64,000 nucleotides of DNA from Candidatus Bathyarchaeota archaeon. GTDB taxonomy: Archaea > Thermoproteota > Bathyarchaeia > Bathyarchaeales > Bathycorpusculaceae. The notes beneath the pieces are model-generated. The model ran no database searches. It saw nothing but the letters and a program-made list of their open reading frames with translations, and was not told the origin of the DNA. The position numbers and the translations under genes were made by a program. Shown here piece after piece: positions 39,996 to 50,505 of the stretch. Within the stretch, counting starts at the first letter, position 1; the number at the start of each line of letters is the position of its first letter. The DNA lies in assembly GCA_963770935.1 (NCBI GenBank), contig CAVYRJ010000005.1:28748-92747 (forward strand), read 5' to 3'.

Positions 39996-42057
39996 TTAGG
40001 TTGCTTTCTGATTTATTGTTCCTTTCGTGTAGGGCACAAACTCGCGGACTTGTTCTATCGATGTTTTTCCTGCTTTTTCGCGTTGTTCTTTAGTCAGCTT
40101 TAGCATTAGAAATTTAAGAATCTGCTTGAGCAACTCTTTGCCAGTTAAATCTCCAGGAACAATAACCACGTAAGCTTTGCTTTTTGCCTTAACTGCCTCT
40201 ACTGGTCCACCCACAAAACTGGTTTCCTCACCAACAATTATGCCAACAGCAACCTTCAGCGCCACATTACGAGTCCAATTACGTTTGCCAACCACAAAAA
40301 ACGCTCCATGAGGAACCGACTCCCCAGAAGGACCACTCTTGCTAAGCTGATCAAGTTTAACCCAGTAAACATCTGCTGAACCAGCGTTTTCACGCCAAGC
40401 CCGCGAAAAAGAAGCTGCAAACTCGCCAGCTTCATGTAGCGCTTGCTCACTTACCTGTTTGCCCTCAGATTTAATGACCACAAACGGCGCACCTGTGATT
40501 TCAGCGTGAAAAACTACATCATCCTGAGTGGTGTACTTTTTTATCAGCACCTCATTGCTAACGGTGTCTTTGCCTGCAACAACCAAGAATCCGTCTGAGG
40601 AAGTGAACCAGCGGAATTTTTCGTACCACTCCTTATTCTCCATCGCGACTTTGCGTTTTGCGAGAGCTTCCATCATTTCTGCTGGCTTTAGACTTTTGAT
40701 TTCTTCAGCTTCAGCTAGCTCCCGCTCGATCTTAGTTAGTTTCCGCTTAGAATCCATAAGTGCTGACAATGCACCTTGCGATTTCTCTTTCGCGTGCTTA
40801 CCGTGTTCATAATATCTGTTGGCGTTGTCAAAAATTGAATCTCTTAGGTTAAAACTAAAATGGAAATTATCTATACACAGGTTCAATGCGAGGTTTTTGC
40901 CGTCGAATCCATCAACATAAGTTGCTGGAGCTCTCCCTGTTTTCTTTGCTGACAAGACAGTTGTTATGATTTCGTCCCAGTCGTGTCCCTGCATGTTGGC
41001 TTTAAGGAGCTTTTCTTGGAAGGCTTGGAGTTCAGTAAAGTGAGCGTAGATGTCATCGCCGATTAGTTTGTCACGTTCAGATTTGGCTTCGTCTTCACGA
41101 ATAGATTTTTCCTGCTCCGCAACAACACGCCTTAACCTCTCAGCTTCTTTTTTTAGCTTGTCCACTTCAACGCTGGCAAATGCCCTCTCAGCAGTGATAA
41201 CCCGCAAATAAAACTCGTCAAGCGCCCGATTAAAAGAATCGAAAACTTGAACTTTGCAGCCTTCATAACGTTTAAGCTTAATGGGCACAACGTCCAAAAA
41301 ATCACCCTCCTCACCCAAAACAATACAAGCCTCCAAATTGCCGCCTGAAACTGCAGCCAGCAGGGTCTGCAAAGCATCAAAAACTCCCTTGACTTCACCG
41401 CTTGACAACGCGTTGCAATGCTTGGTTTTTTCCACGTTAGCCCGCAGAAGAATTTCCTCCGCATAGACTCCTCCGACACCCAGAAAACGTGCAACTGGCC
41501 TAACAACTTCGGTTTCGCCCGCATTTTTGAGAGCTTCTTCCAGTTCACTTTGGGTGACTTTGAAGGGGTTTTTGCCACTTGCAGGCGGAAGCTGCAGAAC
41601 TACATTATGAAGGATGTCGCGGTCACGCATTTTTTTGTAAACCAAAGCATGGATAATTAGGTTTTGCTCGTTTGTTAATATGATGTTGCCTTCCCCGAAG
41701 AGCTCTACAACTAGTTTTAGCAAGCCAGTTTTTGTTCGAAAGCTAATAGTCACGATTCTTTCAAACTCGTACTGGTCAACCCCAGCTACCCACGCGTTAC
41801 GTAGGTATTTTCTTAGAGCCATGCAGAATGCTGGGGGTTCAGCTGGGTTTTCTTCTGCGTAGCTAGTGACATGTAACCTTCTTCCTGCTTCCACTACCAA
41901 GCGTATCGGTTGCATGTCTGTTTTGTGTAGTTTGAATACTACGAGTTTTTTCGGTGAGTTGATAGATGTTGTTCACTCTGGATTCAGCTAAAGTGGTCTT
42001 TAGTTCTTTGATTGCTGCGGCAATGTCAAAGCTTGAGAACTCTTTTTTACGCAACAC
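39996..42057 (-). CDS. rqcH: Ribosome quality-control factor RqcH/Rqc2 (NFACT/FbpA family; frameshift near 41947)
   Basis: FSSFDIAA, PPAFCMALRKYL, ELFGEGNIIL, WYEKFRWF.SSDGFLVVAGKD, NE, SGE...GAF. An extra A sits in an A run. Confidence 0.92.
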
Positions 42058-42184
42058 CTACACCGTTGGAATTCTATATAGTGATTTACTATAAAATAAC
42101 CATTTACGTGTTGGCAGAAACGATTAATACTTAGGCATCTTTTTTAAGGAAGAACAAAATATACACAGCAAGGATTGGATTTAC

Positions 42185-42550
42185 ATGACACCTGTCGTTC
42201 AGCTTTACTGGTTAAGAGTTGCATTGGGAATTACTGCAGGAGCAATAAGCGCGCTTTTAGCCGCTTTATTTTTTGACATAAATTCGGTAGACACGCTCAT
42301 AAACAGCATAACCATCGCGTTGCTCATCTACTTCGTAACCTACTATATCCTGAGAGCATTCTACAAAAGCAAAATAGAGAAGCAATCAAAAATCCTCAGC
42401 ACAGCAATAGGAATGTACTTCTTTAGTTGGATAACCTTCTTTGTGCTCATTCTACACAATAATCCAAGTTGCACTTGGAAACGTTGCCTAAAATGTTTTT
42501 ATTCTTCTTTATCTTCGGATTTTTTTAGAAAATTCGCTATAGTAGCTTGA
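42185..42550 (+). CDS. EMC6-like three-TM membrane protein (probable frameshift near 42449)
   Basis: LYWLRVALGITAG...IGMYFFSWITFFVL; the shifted frame gives FYTII. Resembles the EMC6/Rab5ip family. Confidence 0.55.
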   Translation: MTPVVQLYWLRVALGITAGAISALLAALFFDINSVDTLINSITIALLIYFVTYYILRAFYKSKIEKQSKILSTAIGMYFFSWITFFVLILHNNPSCTWKRCLKCFYSSLSSDFFRKFAIVA

Positions 42551-42969
42551 CTTTTGTCGCTTCTGAGCGTTTCGATTTTTTCTGCCTCCACGGTGCCTTT
42601 ACTGTTGCCGTTCTGCGAGCTTGGAACCTCCATGCGTGTTAGGATTCGCATGCAGTCTGCCCAGGCAGAAAAGTATCCGCGGTCAAAGTCCCCATGCAAT
42701 CCGTTGCCCATGTGCTCGAGGAACTCTTTTCGATAAGCGTGCAGGTTTACTTTGTCAGTTATATCTATTTTTGCAAAGAATGCGTAGTCGTCTGTGGCGC
42801 TGTTTTTGCGTGAAAGGTACATTCCGTAGAGTGCCCTGAAGTATCCTCTGTTCCATTCAGTTTTCTGCATTTTTTGTTTAACTCGTTCCAATTCGCGTTC
42901 AGCTTCGGTGAATTGCCTGCTGACTATAAGCTGGAAGTACCGTGTTACGAGGGCTTGTGAGATAGGCAT
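42499..42969 (-). CDS. Conserved-looking hypothetical protein downstream of radA
   Basis: WNRGYFRALYGM...DFDRGYFSAWAD internal repeat. Confidence 0.75.
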   Translation of the reverse strand: MPISQALVTRYFQLIVSRQFTEAERELERVKQKMQKTEWNRGYFRALYGMYLSRKNSATDDYAFFAKIDITDKVNLHAYRKEFLEHMGNGLHGDFDRGYFSAWADCMRILTRMEVPSSQNGNSKGTVEAEKIETLRSDKSQATIANFLKKSEDKEE

Positions 42970-42971
42970 GA

Positions 42972-44018
42972 TTACCGTCCACGAGGTTTAGTTGCTTTCT
43001 CTTCTTCAGAGACATCCTCTATTCCGTTCTCGGTTACTTTAAGGATTTCCTCTCCTTCCGGCAAATATGGACTTGAAACTAGTCTTGCGATGCGTATTGG
43101 TCCGTGTGATGCGCGTCTGAGGTAGATTCTTGTGTGGCTTGTGTGTCCGACAATGTTTCCGCCGATTGGGTGGATTGCGTCACCGAAGAACTGGTCTGGT
43201 TTTGCCATGACTTGGTTGGTTACGACTGCTACTGCGTTGAATGCTCTTGCTAATGCGATGAGTTTGTGCATGTGTTTGTTGAGTTTTTGTTGCCTGGACG
43301 CAAGCATTTCTCTTCCAATGTATTCGCTTCGGAAATGTGCTGTTAACGAGTCTACTATGATTAGTTTGATGTTGTTTGCTTTGATTATTTCATCAGCGTT
43401 CTCTAAGAGGAACATTTGGTGGTCTGAAGTGTATGCTTCTGCGTAAATGATTTTTTTCACGGCTTCTGCTGGGTCTAAACCAACACCTTTTGCCATCTGC
43501 ACGATGCGTTCCAGCCTAAACGTGTTCTCGGTATCAACGTAGAGTGCTGCGCCGTTTAATCCTCCTTTTTCTGGAGGCAGCTGGACATTGATGCATAGTT
43601 GGTGGCACATTTGGCTTTTGCCGCTGCCGTATTCACCGTAGAACTCTGTTATTGTTTGGGTTTCTAATCCTCCATCGACGATTTTGTCTAGGGCTTTGCT
43701 GCCTGTACTTATCCGCAGGACGGTTTGCCGCATTTTGTAGAGTTCATCTGCCCTGATGAATGCGATGCCGATGGATGAACGTGCAGCTTCGATGATTTGG
43801 AAGGCTTTTTTCTCGCTTACTCCGACTGGATCAAGTTCACGTGCTGTTGCCATAGCTAAGGATTCTACGGTGTGGTAGCCGAGTTCCTTGAGTTTTTGGG
43901 CTGTGGCTGGACCAACTCCCGGCAAATCTTCTATGAACTCATATTTTTTCCTATTTGTTTCAAGTATAGATTCTTCTTGCGGTTGGGCATCGGAGTCTTC
44001 AGTCATTTTAATCTTCAC
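42972..44018 (-). CDS. radA: DNA repair and recombination protein RadA
   Basis: N-terminal HhH, GEYGSGKSQ Walker A, DTENTFR, IVDSLTAHFRSEY.GR..LA.RQQ, PIGGNIVGH. Confidence 0.97.
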   Translation of the reverse strand: MKIKMTEDSDAQPQEESILETNRKKYEFIEDLPGVGPATAQKLKELGYHTVESLAMATARELDPVGVSEKKAFQIIEAARSSIGIAFIRADELYKMRQTVLRISTGSKALDKIVDGGLETQTITEFYGEYGSGKSQMCHQLCINVQLPPEKGGLNGAALYVDTENTFRLERIVQMAKGVGLDPAEAVKKIIYAEAYTSDHQMFLLENADEIIKANNIKLIIVDSLTAHFRSEYIGREMLASRQQKLNKHMHKLIALARAFNAVAVVTNQVMAKPDQFFGDAIHPIGGNIVGHTSHTRIYLRRASHGPIRIARLVSSPYLPEGEEILKVTENGIEDVSEEEKATKPRGR

Positions 44019-44261
44019 ACTTTGAGTGTTGATGTATGGTATGGTGTATTTAAAATAAGCTGAAAAAGATGTTGCGCCCGTAGTGGAGAGGGAAGTGAAA
44101 GTGAAGAATTTAGGGTTAATGCGATTTTTTTCTGCAAGTTCTTGGGAAGTCTGGTTTTTAGGACGGGGTGACTCTATAAGGCAAAGTCAAACTTTCTTGA
44201 TCGAATGCATCATATGTTGGTCTAGAAAGAATTAAATCCGCCTGCTTTCCACTTATAGCGC

Positions 44262-45659
44262 ATGCAGTCTTTTCTCAGTCTTCTCAAGCAGGAAAACATG
44301 AGCTTATTCACCGATTACTACGAGTTAACGATGTGTGCAAGCTACTTTGACAACAAAAACTTTGAGCCTGCCACCTTTGACCTCTTCATTCGCCGTCTGC
44401 CAGAAAACCGGAGCTACTTCCTGTTCGCAGGATTAGAAGAGACTCTTCAGTATCTGCAAAACATTACCTTCACAGATAAGCATCTATCTTACCTGAAAAA
44501 GCAAGGCTTCAATCAAGACTTCCTCGACTATCTTCATGGTTTCAAGTTTAAGGGGGAGGTGTGGGCTGTTCCAGAGGGCACCGTGGCTTTTCCCAACGAA
44601 CCATTGATCCGCGTTACAGCCCCAATTATTGAGGCTCAACTCGTGGAGACGTTCCTGCTCAACTCGATTAACCTTCAAACAATGATAGCGACTAAAGCCT
44701 CACGCGTGGTCCACGCCGCCAACGGCAAATCAGTGATTGAGTTCGGATTGCGAAGGGAACCTGGCATTGATGCTGGGCTGAAAGTGGCTCGCTCAAGTTA
44801 CATAGCTGGATGCCAAGGAACCAGCAACGTACTCGCAGGTATGGCTTATAACATACCAGTATTTGGTACCATGGCGCACTCCTTCATCATGTCCTACCCC
44901 AAAGAAATCGATGCATTCCGAGCATTCGCCAGAACATTTCCACACAAATCAACCCTCCTAATCGATACCTACGATGACTTGGTAGGTGCAGAAAAGGCTG
45001 CTATAGTGGCAAAAGAACTCGAAGCAAAGGGATTCAGACTTGGAGGAGTTAGACTCGACAGCGGTGACTTGGCAGAAACAAGCAAGAAAGTTCGAAGAAT
45101 CTTGGATGCCAGCGGTTTGGAGTATGTGAAGATTTTTGCCAGCGGTGATCTCGACGAATTCAAAATCGAGCAACTTCTCTATGATGGTGCACAGATTGAT
45201 GCGTTCGGAGTCGGTACCAAAATGGGGACTTCAGCCGATCGACCATATCTAGACGTCATCTACAAACTTTGCGAAACATTGACCTCTGATGGTAAATTCT
45301 CGCCGATTATGAAGTTGAGCAAAGATAAAATTACTTTGCCTGGCAGAAAACAGGTTTTCCGCTATAAAAATAAGGCTGGAGTTTTCACAAAAGATATTAT
45401 AGCCTTAAGTAACGAGCTGATAGAAGCTGAGCCTTTGCTGACTAAAGTTATGGAGAAGGGTAAAATAACTTACAAGTTGCCTTCCCTTAACGAAATTCGC
45501 GCCAAAGCATCAGATAGTCTCTCTAAGCTTCCATCAGACTATAAGCTGTTAACCAATGCTCCCACTTACCCAGTTGAGTTGAGCCAAAAACTTAAAGACC
45601 TAATAGAAGCCACAAAGTCACAGTTGACTAGAAATGAGATAAACAACAAATTTACCTAG
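44262..45659 (+). CDS. pncB: Nicotinate phosphoribosyltransferase
   Basis: LFTDYYELTM, EFGLRR, GTMAHS, LIDTYD, VRLDSGD, SGDLDE, FGVGT. Confidence 0.95.
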   Translation: MQSFLSLLKQENMSLFTDYYELTMCASYFDNKNFEPATFDLFIRRLPENRSYFLFAGLEETLQYLQNITFTDKHLSYLKKQGFNQDFLDYLHGFKFKGEVWAVPEGTVAFPNEPLIRVTAPIIEAQLVETFLLNSINLQTMIATKASRVVHAANGKSVIEFGLRREPGIDAGLKVARSSYIAGCQGTSNVLAGMAYNIPVFGTMAHSFIMSYPKEIDAFRAFARTFPHKSTLLIDTYDDLVGAEKAAIVAKELEAKGFRLGGVRLDSGDLAETSKKVRRILDASGLEYVKIFASGDLDEFKIEQLLYDGAQIDAFGVGTKMGTSADRPYLDVIYKLCETLTSDGKFSPIMKLSKDKITLPGRKQVFRYKNKAGVFTKDIIALSNELIEAEPLLTKVMEKGKITYKLPSLNEIRAKASDSLSKLPSDYKLLTNAPTYPVELSQKLKDLIEATKSQLTRNEINNKFT

Positions 45660-45804
45660 AAGAGATAGCTCGCCTGCAGCAGCCCAGATCTCCTATCTTG
45701 TTAAACCGGTATTTTTGTAAATCGCATATTTCATGGGGAATTTGGCAAACACTTAATAGTCGTTTCGAAAAACCTTTACTGCTATCCAAAAAGGGGAACA
45801 TGAA

Positions 45805-46998
45805 ATGCAAAACCGCCCAGCCATCGTTGCTGTTGGCCGAACCAAGTTTGGAGAATACTACGGCAAAGAACCCGAAAAACTAATTGAAGAAGCTTGGCTT
45901 GCCGCTTCAAACGAATACAACATCGAACGCAAAGACCTAGAAGCCTGCTACTTGTCAGACTGTTTTCTTCCCATTACCAACAAATTAGGCTTAGAAGAGG
46001 GTTTTCTTTCAGAGTTAACTGAACTTCATGTGCCCATGGAAGTCACCCGATCTTTTAGCGCCGCCTTGCTTACTGCATGCCACGCAATTCAAGCTGGTGT
46101 TTACAGTACGGTTCTGGTAGGTGGCATCGAGAAGATGACGGATCGCTGGGACAAAATCCGCGACGACCTCATGTTACTTGACGACCCTTGGAGCTACTAT
46201 GCAGGTGGAACACCTGAATCCAACCATGAACTCATGCTTCGTGCATACATAAAAAAACACCATATAACGGGCGAAAATCTCAATAAGCTTAACATGGCGT
46301 TGGCAGAGGTTACTGTTAAGAACCATGCAAACGCAACCAAAAACAAGTTTGCTCAGTTCCAAAGAAAAATCACCATCGAGCAGGTTCTTAATGCAAGAAA
46401 ATCGGCGCATAAACCCTTGGGACTCTACGATTTTGCTCCAGTCTCAGATGGTGCATCAGCATTGATTCTTACAAGCGACTTAGTTGCCAAGAAAACGACT
46501 AAGCAACCAATCTCTGTTTTAGGCATCGGTTCAGCAACCGATTATCTTAACTACCCAAAACGAGAAGACCTATCCCATTTTGTCGCAACTGAATATGCTA
46601 TGAAAAAAGCCTCTCAAATGTCAAAAGTAGCACCGTCGGATTTGCAGATTTTTGAAGTCTACGACCAATCTACCGTGATGGAGATGGTTTCTCTTGAGGA
46701 CTTAGGCTTCTGCGAACCTGGAACCGCTTGGAAAAGCATACATGGCTGCCAAAACTGCTATAACATCGGCGGAAAGCCGCTCTATGTTAACACGGATGGC
46801 GGCTTAAAAGCAAACGGCAATCCCTTGGGAGCAACTGGAGGCGCACAGATTTATGAGATTTACCGCCAACTCCGCGGTGAGGCTGGCGAAAGACAGGTTC
46901 ACCCTAGTGATGGTTTACTTCAAAATGGTGGTGTATTGGAGTTTGAAGGCTTTGGAACTAAAGCCTACGTTACTATTTTAGGAGTGGATAAGAATTAG
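45805..46998 (+). CDS. Thiolase-fold protein (archaeal acetoacetyl-CoA thiolase type) with degenerate active site
   Basis: GRTKFGE, GGIEKMTD, PVSDGASA, EDLGFC, GGLKANGNPLGATG. Confidence 0.9.
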   Translation: MQNRPAIVAVGRTKFGEYYGKEPEKLIEEAWLAASNEYNIERKDLEACYLSDCFLPITNKLGLEEGFLSELTELHVPMEVTRSFSAALLTACHAIQAGVYSTVLVGGIEKMTDRWDKIRDDLMLLDDPWSYYAGGTPESNHELMLRAYIKKHHITGENLNKLNMALAEVTVKNHANATKNKFAQFQRKITIEQVLNARKSAHKPLGLYDFAPVSDGASALILTSDLVAKKTTKQPISVLGIGSATDYLNYPKREDLSHFVATEYAMKKASQMSKVAPSDLQIFEVYDQSTVMEMVSLEDLGFCEPGTAWKSIHGCQNCYNIGGKPLYVNTDGGLKANGNPLGATGGAQIYEIYRQLRGEAGERQVHPSDGLLQNGGVLEFEGFGTKAYVTILGVDKN

Positions 46999-47029
46999 TA
47001 GTGAACCGATAGAGCGACGGGTTTCTTAC

Positions 47030-48502
47030 TTGGGCGACCGCTTAAAGGCATGTCGCTGTCAAACCTGCGGCAAAGAATACTTTGAAGTCCGCGATTACTG
47101 CAGCAACTGCGGCAGAAAAAGCTACGGAAAAATGGACAGCATAGACCTATTCTATGACAAAGGCAAACTAGAACTATGCACTTTCATCAACGAACCCACA
47201 AACAAGTTCACGAAACTCTCAAATTTCGTCTACGGTATCGTTTCTTTTCATGACGGCAAAATCCGAGTTCCCGCAAGGCTAACCGACCAGCTAATATGTG
47301 ATGGCGAGAATGTTGATTTAGCAAGCCTTGAAGGAAGAGAAGTAATTCCCCGCTTCCGAAGACGCTACTCGGTAGCAAAAAGTGACGTTATACCAACGAT
47401 TTCTCTGGCTTTCACCTTAGCCGACGAGTACTATCCACATCAAGAGTACACAGTTGTTCAACCAAGCAAGGAAAGTGAATTGCCAGGCATAGTTGGCTAT
47501 GGCGCTTACACCTCACGTTTCCGCATAAAAGAAGGCAGCTTGGAGCGTGCTGTTCCCTTCATCGACGAAGACGCTGTGACAGCGGCAGTTGAAGCTGGCA
47601 AACTTGCACTTATCCATTCAGGTCTTGACAGCTCATGGGTTGGAAAAGTCTACGTTGGCTCAGAATCAAACCCCTATGCCGTTAAACCAATAGCATCCAA
47701 AGTTGCTCAGGTTCTTCAACTCGGCGAAGAAGACGGCGATGTTCAAGGCGTCGACGCCGTTGATACCGAGTTTGCCTGCAAAGCTGGCACAAGCATGTTC
47801 AAAGATGCATCATCCCTTGTTAGTTATCCACGCTCAGGCATAAAGTACGCTATGGTTATCGGCGCCGACAACTCTCAAGCAGCACCCCGAGGTTGCCCAG
47901 GCGGAGAACTGGACACTTTTGTCGGCTACGGTGGCGCATCTTTCATCTTTGGAAAACACGATGTTATCGCTGAAGTTGAAGGCTGGTACTCATGTACATC
48001 TGACACTCCCGATTTTTGGCGCCGAGACGGCGAACAATATCCAATGCACGGCGGAAGATTCACAGGTGACCCAGCATACTTCAAGCATGTACGCAAAGCC
48101 GCCTGCAAATTAATGGAACGTTCCAACCTAAAAGCAAGCGACATAAATTATTTTGTTCCCCACCAACCCAACCCCCAGTTCCCAGTCCGCATAGCGAAAG
48201 AACTTGGGTTCAAAGAAGAACAGTATTCCCCCTCACTTTTAATCAACAAGTTCGGAAACACCTACTCAGGCTGCTCACTTGTTGGTTTGGCTGCAGTGCT
48301 TGATGTAGCAAAGCCTGATGAACGCATTTTAGTCGCAAGCTACGGTTCAGGTGCCGGAAGCGACGCCTACCTACTTAGAACCACAAGCCAACTGCTAGAT
48401 AAACGCAAACGCCAAAAAATCAACGTGAAATTCCAAGCCGAAAACCCCTTCATAGAATACGTAGACTATACAACGTATAGACGTCTCAAACAAGGAATGT
48501 AA
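47030..48502 (+). CDS. DUF35 (Zn-ribbon/OB) - hydroxymethylglutaryl-CoA synthase fusion
   Basis: N-terminal CQTCG..CSNCG plus OB fold, then EDAVTAAVEA, GSESNPYAVKP, EFACKAG, DFWRR, HQPN, GNTYSG, SYGSGAGSDA. Confidence 0.92.
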   Translation: MGDRLKACRCQTCGKEYFEVRDYCSNCGRKSYGKMDSIDLFYDKGKLELCTFINEPTNKFTKLSNFVYGIVSFHDGKIRVPARLTDQLICDGENVDLASLEGREVIPRFRRRYSVAKSDVIPTISLAFTLADEYYPHQEYTVVQPSKESELPGIVGYGAYTSRFRIKEGSLERAVPFIDEDAVTAAVEAGKLALIHSGLDSSWVGKVYVGSESNPYAVKPIASKVAQVLQLGEEDGDVQGVDAVDTEFACKAGTSMFKDASSLVSYPRSGIKYAMVIGADNSQAAPRGCPGGELDTFVGYGGASFIFGKHDVIAEVEGWYSCTSDTPDFWRRDGEQYPMHGGRFTGDPAYFKHVRKAACKLMERSNLKASDINYFVPHQPNPQFPVRIAKELGFKEEQYSPSLLINKFGNTYSGCSLVGLAAVLDVAKPDERILVASYGSGAGSDAYLLRTTSQLLDKRKRQKINVKFQAENPFIEYVDYTTYRRLKQGM

Positions 48503-48654
48503 GGAAAGTAAGCCAAAAAATTTTTTCAAATATGTTTTCCAATGTTTCTACTTATTTTCATGTAGATTAAGCCACTTACCGTCGGCTAGGTTGGTAAAGT
48601 TAAAAACACTTAATAAATGCCGAGTAATTTCACATTTGCGAAGGGAAAGACAGA

Positions 48655-49924
48655 TTGATTATTAACGACATCTTGCAAGTCATTTATGCGCCTAAGAAAG
48701 CTTTTAAACAAATAATTGAGAACCCAAAATACCTTGGCGCATTTATCATTTTAATCGTTTTCCTAGGCATCCAAATAGGATACGAGTATACGCAGTTTTC
48801 CAAAACATACGCCGAAGATACATCTCTTAGCCACTATACTACTTTTATTAACGCAACTTCAGGGAATTGGCATGGTAATTCAGGACGTAAGTTTAGCTAA
48901 CGACGTTAACTACTTCAACTACACTGTTTTCACGGCCACTCAACAAGGCTACATGTTTGTCCCAAATGTCTTTGGAAACAGCAGTCTACAAATCAAAGGA
49001 GTAAATACCAGCAACGTATCCGTGACTCTTAGAGATCTCTTCAACGTTGACTGTAGTCAGACGGGATACCAAAATCTTTCAATGGTCATAAAACAAGGAC
49101 AGCCTCAGAGTGCACCTCAAAAAGTAACAATGTCGCTTTATTCACTTAGCGACACTGATTATTACCAAAAAGATATAACTAATTCTCTGTCAAGCACTTC
49201 AACCGTCAATCAATGGAACAATTTGACTCTTCCAATTGGCCCTAACGCCTCAGGCTGGACAAGCAACGGGGCACCAACTTGGAGTAACGTAACAGCATTA
49301 AAATTGGAGTTCATTTATCCAGCTAACTCCAACGTAACCGTAAACATCGGTGCCTTGTTCTTCCGCGGTCACTACCTGTCATTCACTGAATATGACAGTA
49401 CAGGCGTGTTCTTGCTGCTTTTGCAGGCGTTCTCTTTGCAGTTCTTGCTTGCATGGATTCTTATCACAGGAATATTGTATCTAATATTAAAGGGACTGAA
49501 AAGTGGTGTATTTTGGAAACCCATGTTTATCGCGGTAGGATTTGCCCTGCTCGTAATGGTTTTCCGAGCAATAATAAATCTCGTTGCCACGCTTGCACTT
49601 CCAGTCGTCTACTATCCCTTTGACTTATCGGGAGGTGTCGGCTTCACTCCTTACGGAACACTGGCTTATCCACCACAATATATCGGAATAACTTTTGCCG
49701 ATACACAAGCTGCTTTTAGCAACATCGAAGCATTAACCTCAACTTTCAGGGCGATAAATGTCGGATCCGCTGCGTTGGCATATGTTTGGCTGGGAGCATT
49801 AGTCGCTATAATCTTGGGAACACTAAAACCAGAATTCTCGCTGACCAAGCGTCTTGCTCTCTCTGCATTGGCAATAGGCATAACCATCTTGGTTTTGATT
49901 TTCTTAGTCGTTGGCATCGCTTAA
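48655..49924 (+). CDS. Yip1-like membrane protein with inserted extracellular domain (frameshift near 48885)
   Basis: VIYAPKKAFKQIIENP N-terminus typical of Yip1, an NxS/T-rich loop, then several TM helices. Confidence 0.65.
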
Positions 49925-50045
49925 AAGCTCAAAGCGTTAACCACACATTTTTTCATTTTTTTATAGTTAGCAAGATTTATATGATTGTAGATCACCTTTG
50001 CAATTGAAAACCGACCGTTATCGGAAAGTTTAGAAGTGAATTGAA

Positions 50046-50339
50046 ATGGTTGCGATTAAAGATTTACAAGACGGCATGAAACGGGTTAGTGTCGAAGCCA
50101 AAGTTGTCGACAAAGGTGATCCGCGAGAAGTTAAATCACGATTCAAAGATGAAACTTACCGAATAGTTGACGCTGTGGTTGCAGATGAAACAGGCAGCGT
50201 AAAGTTAACTCTTTGGAACGAGCAGATTGACCAAATCAACGTTGGAGATAACATAAAAATCGAGAACGGCTACGTTACAAGTTTTAAGAGTGAAATTCAA
50301 CTTAACGTGGGCAAATTCGGAAAATTAACTGTCGAATAA
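50046..50339 (+). CDS. ssb: Single-OB-fold ssDNA-binding protein (crenarchaeal SSB-type)
   Basis: VADETGSVKLTLWNEQ, IENGY, QLNVGKFG. Confidence 0.88.
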   Translation: MVAIKDLQDGMKRVSVEAKVVDKGDPREVKSRFKDETYRIVDAVVADETGSVKLTLWNEQIDQINVGDNIKIENGYVTSFKSEIQLNVGKFGKLTVE

Positions 50340-50505
50340 ACGCTCAACCTTTGTGCAGGAAATAGTATTGCTCTATGTTTTTTAATTTCCCAAATCATTA
50401 ATCGATTTCTGAAACACAAAGAGATGCCTGAATTAACCTGTTTTTTAGAAAAAACTTAATTAATTCAAACTAAACGTCATTTCTTGTTACTTGTGGGGAA
50501 GCTAA

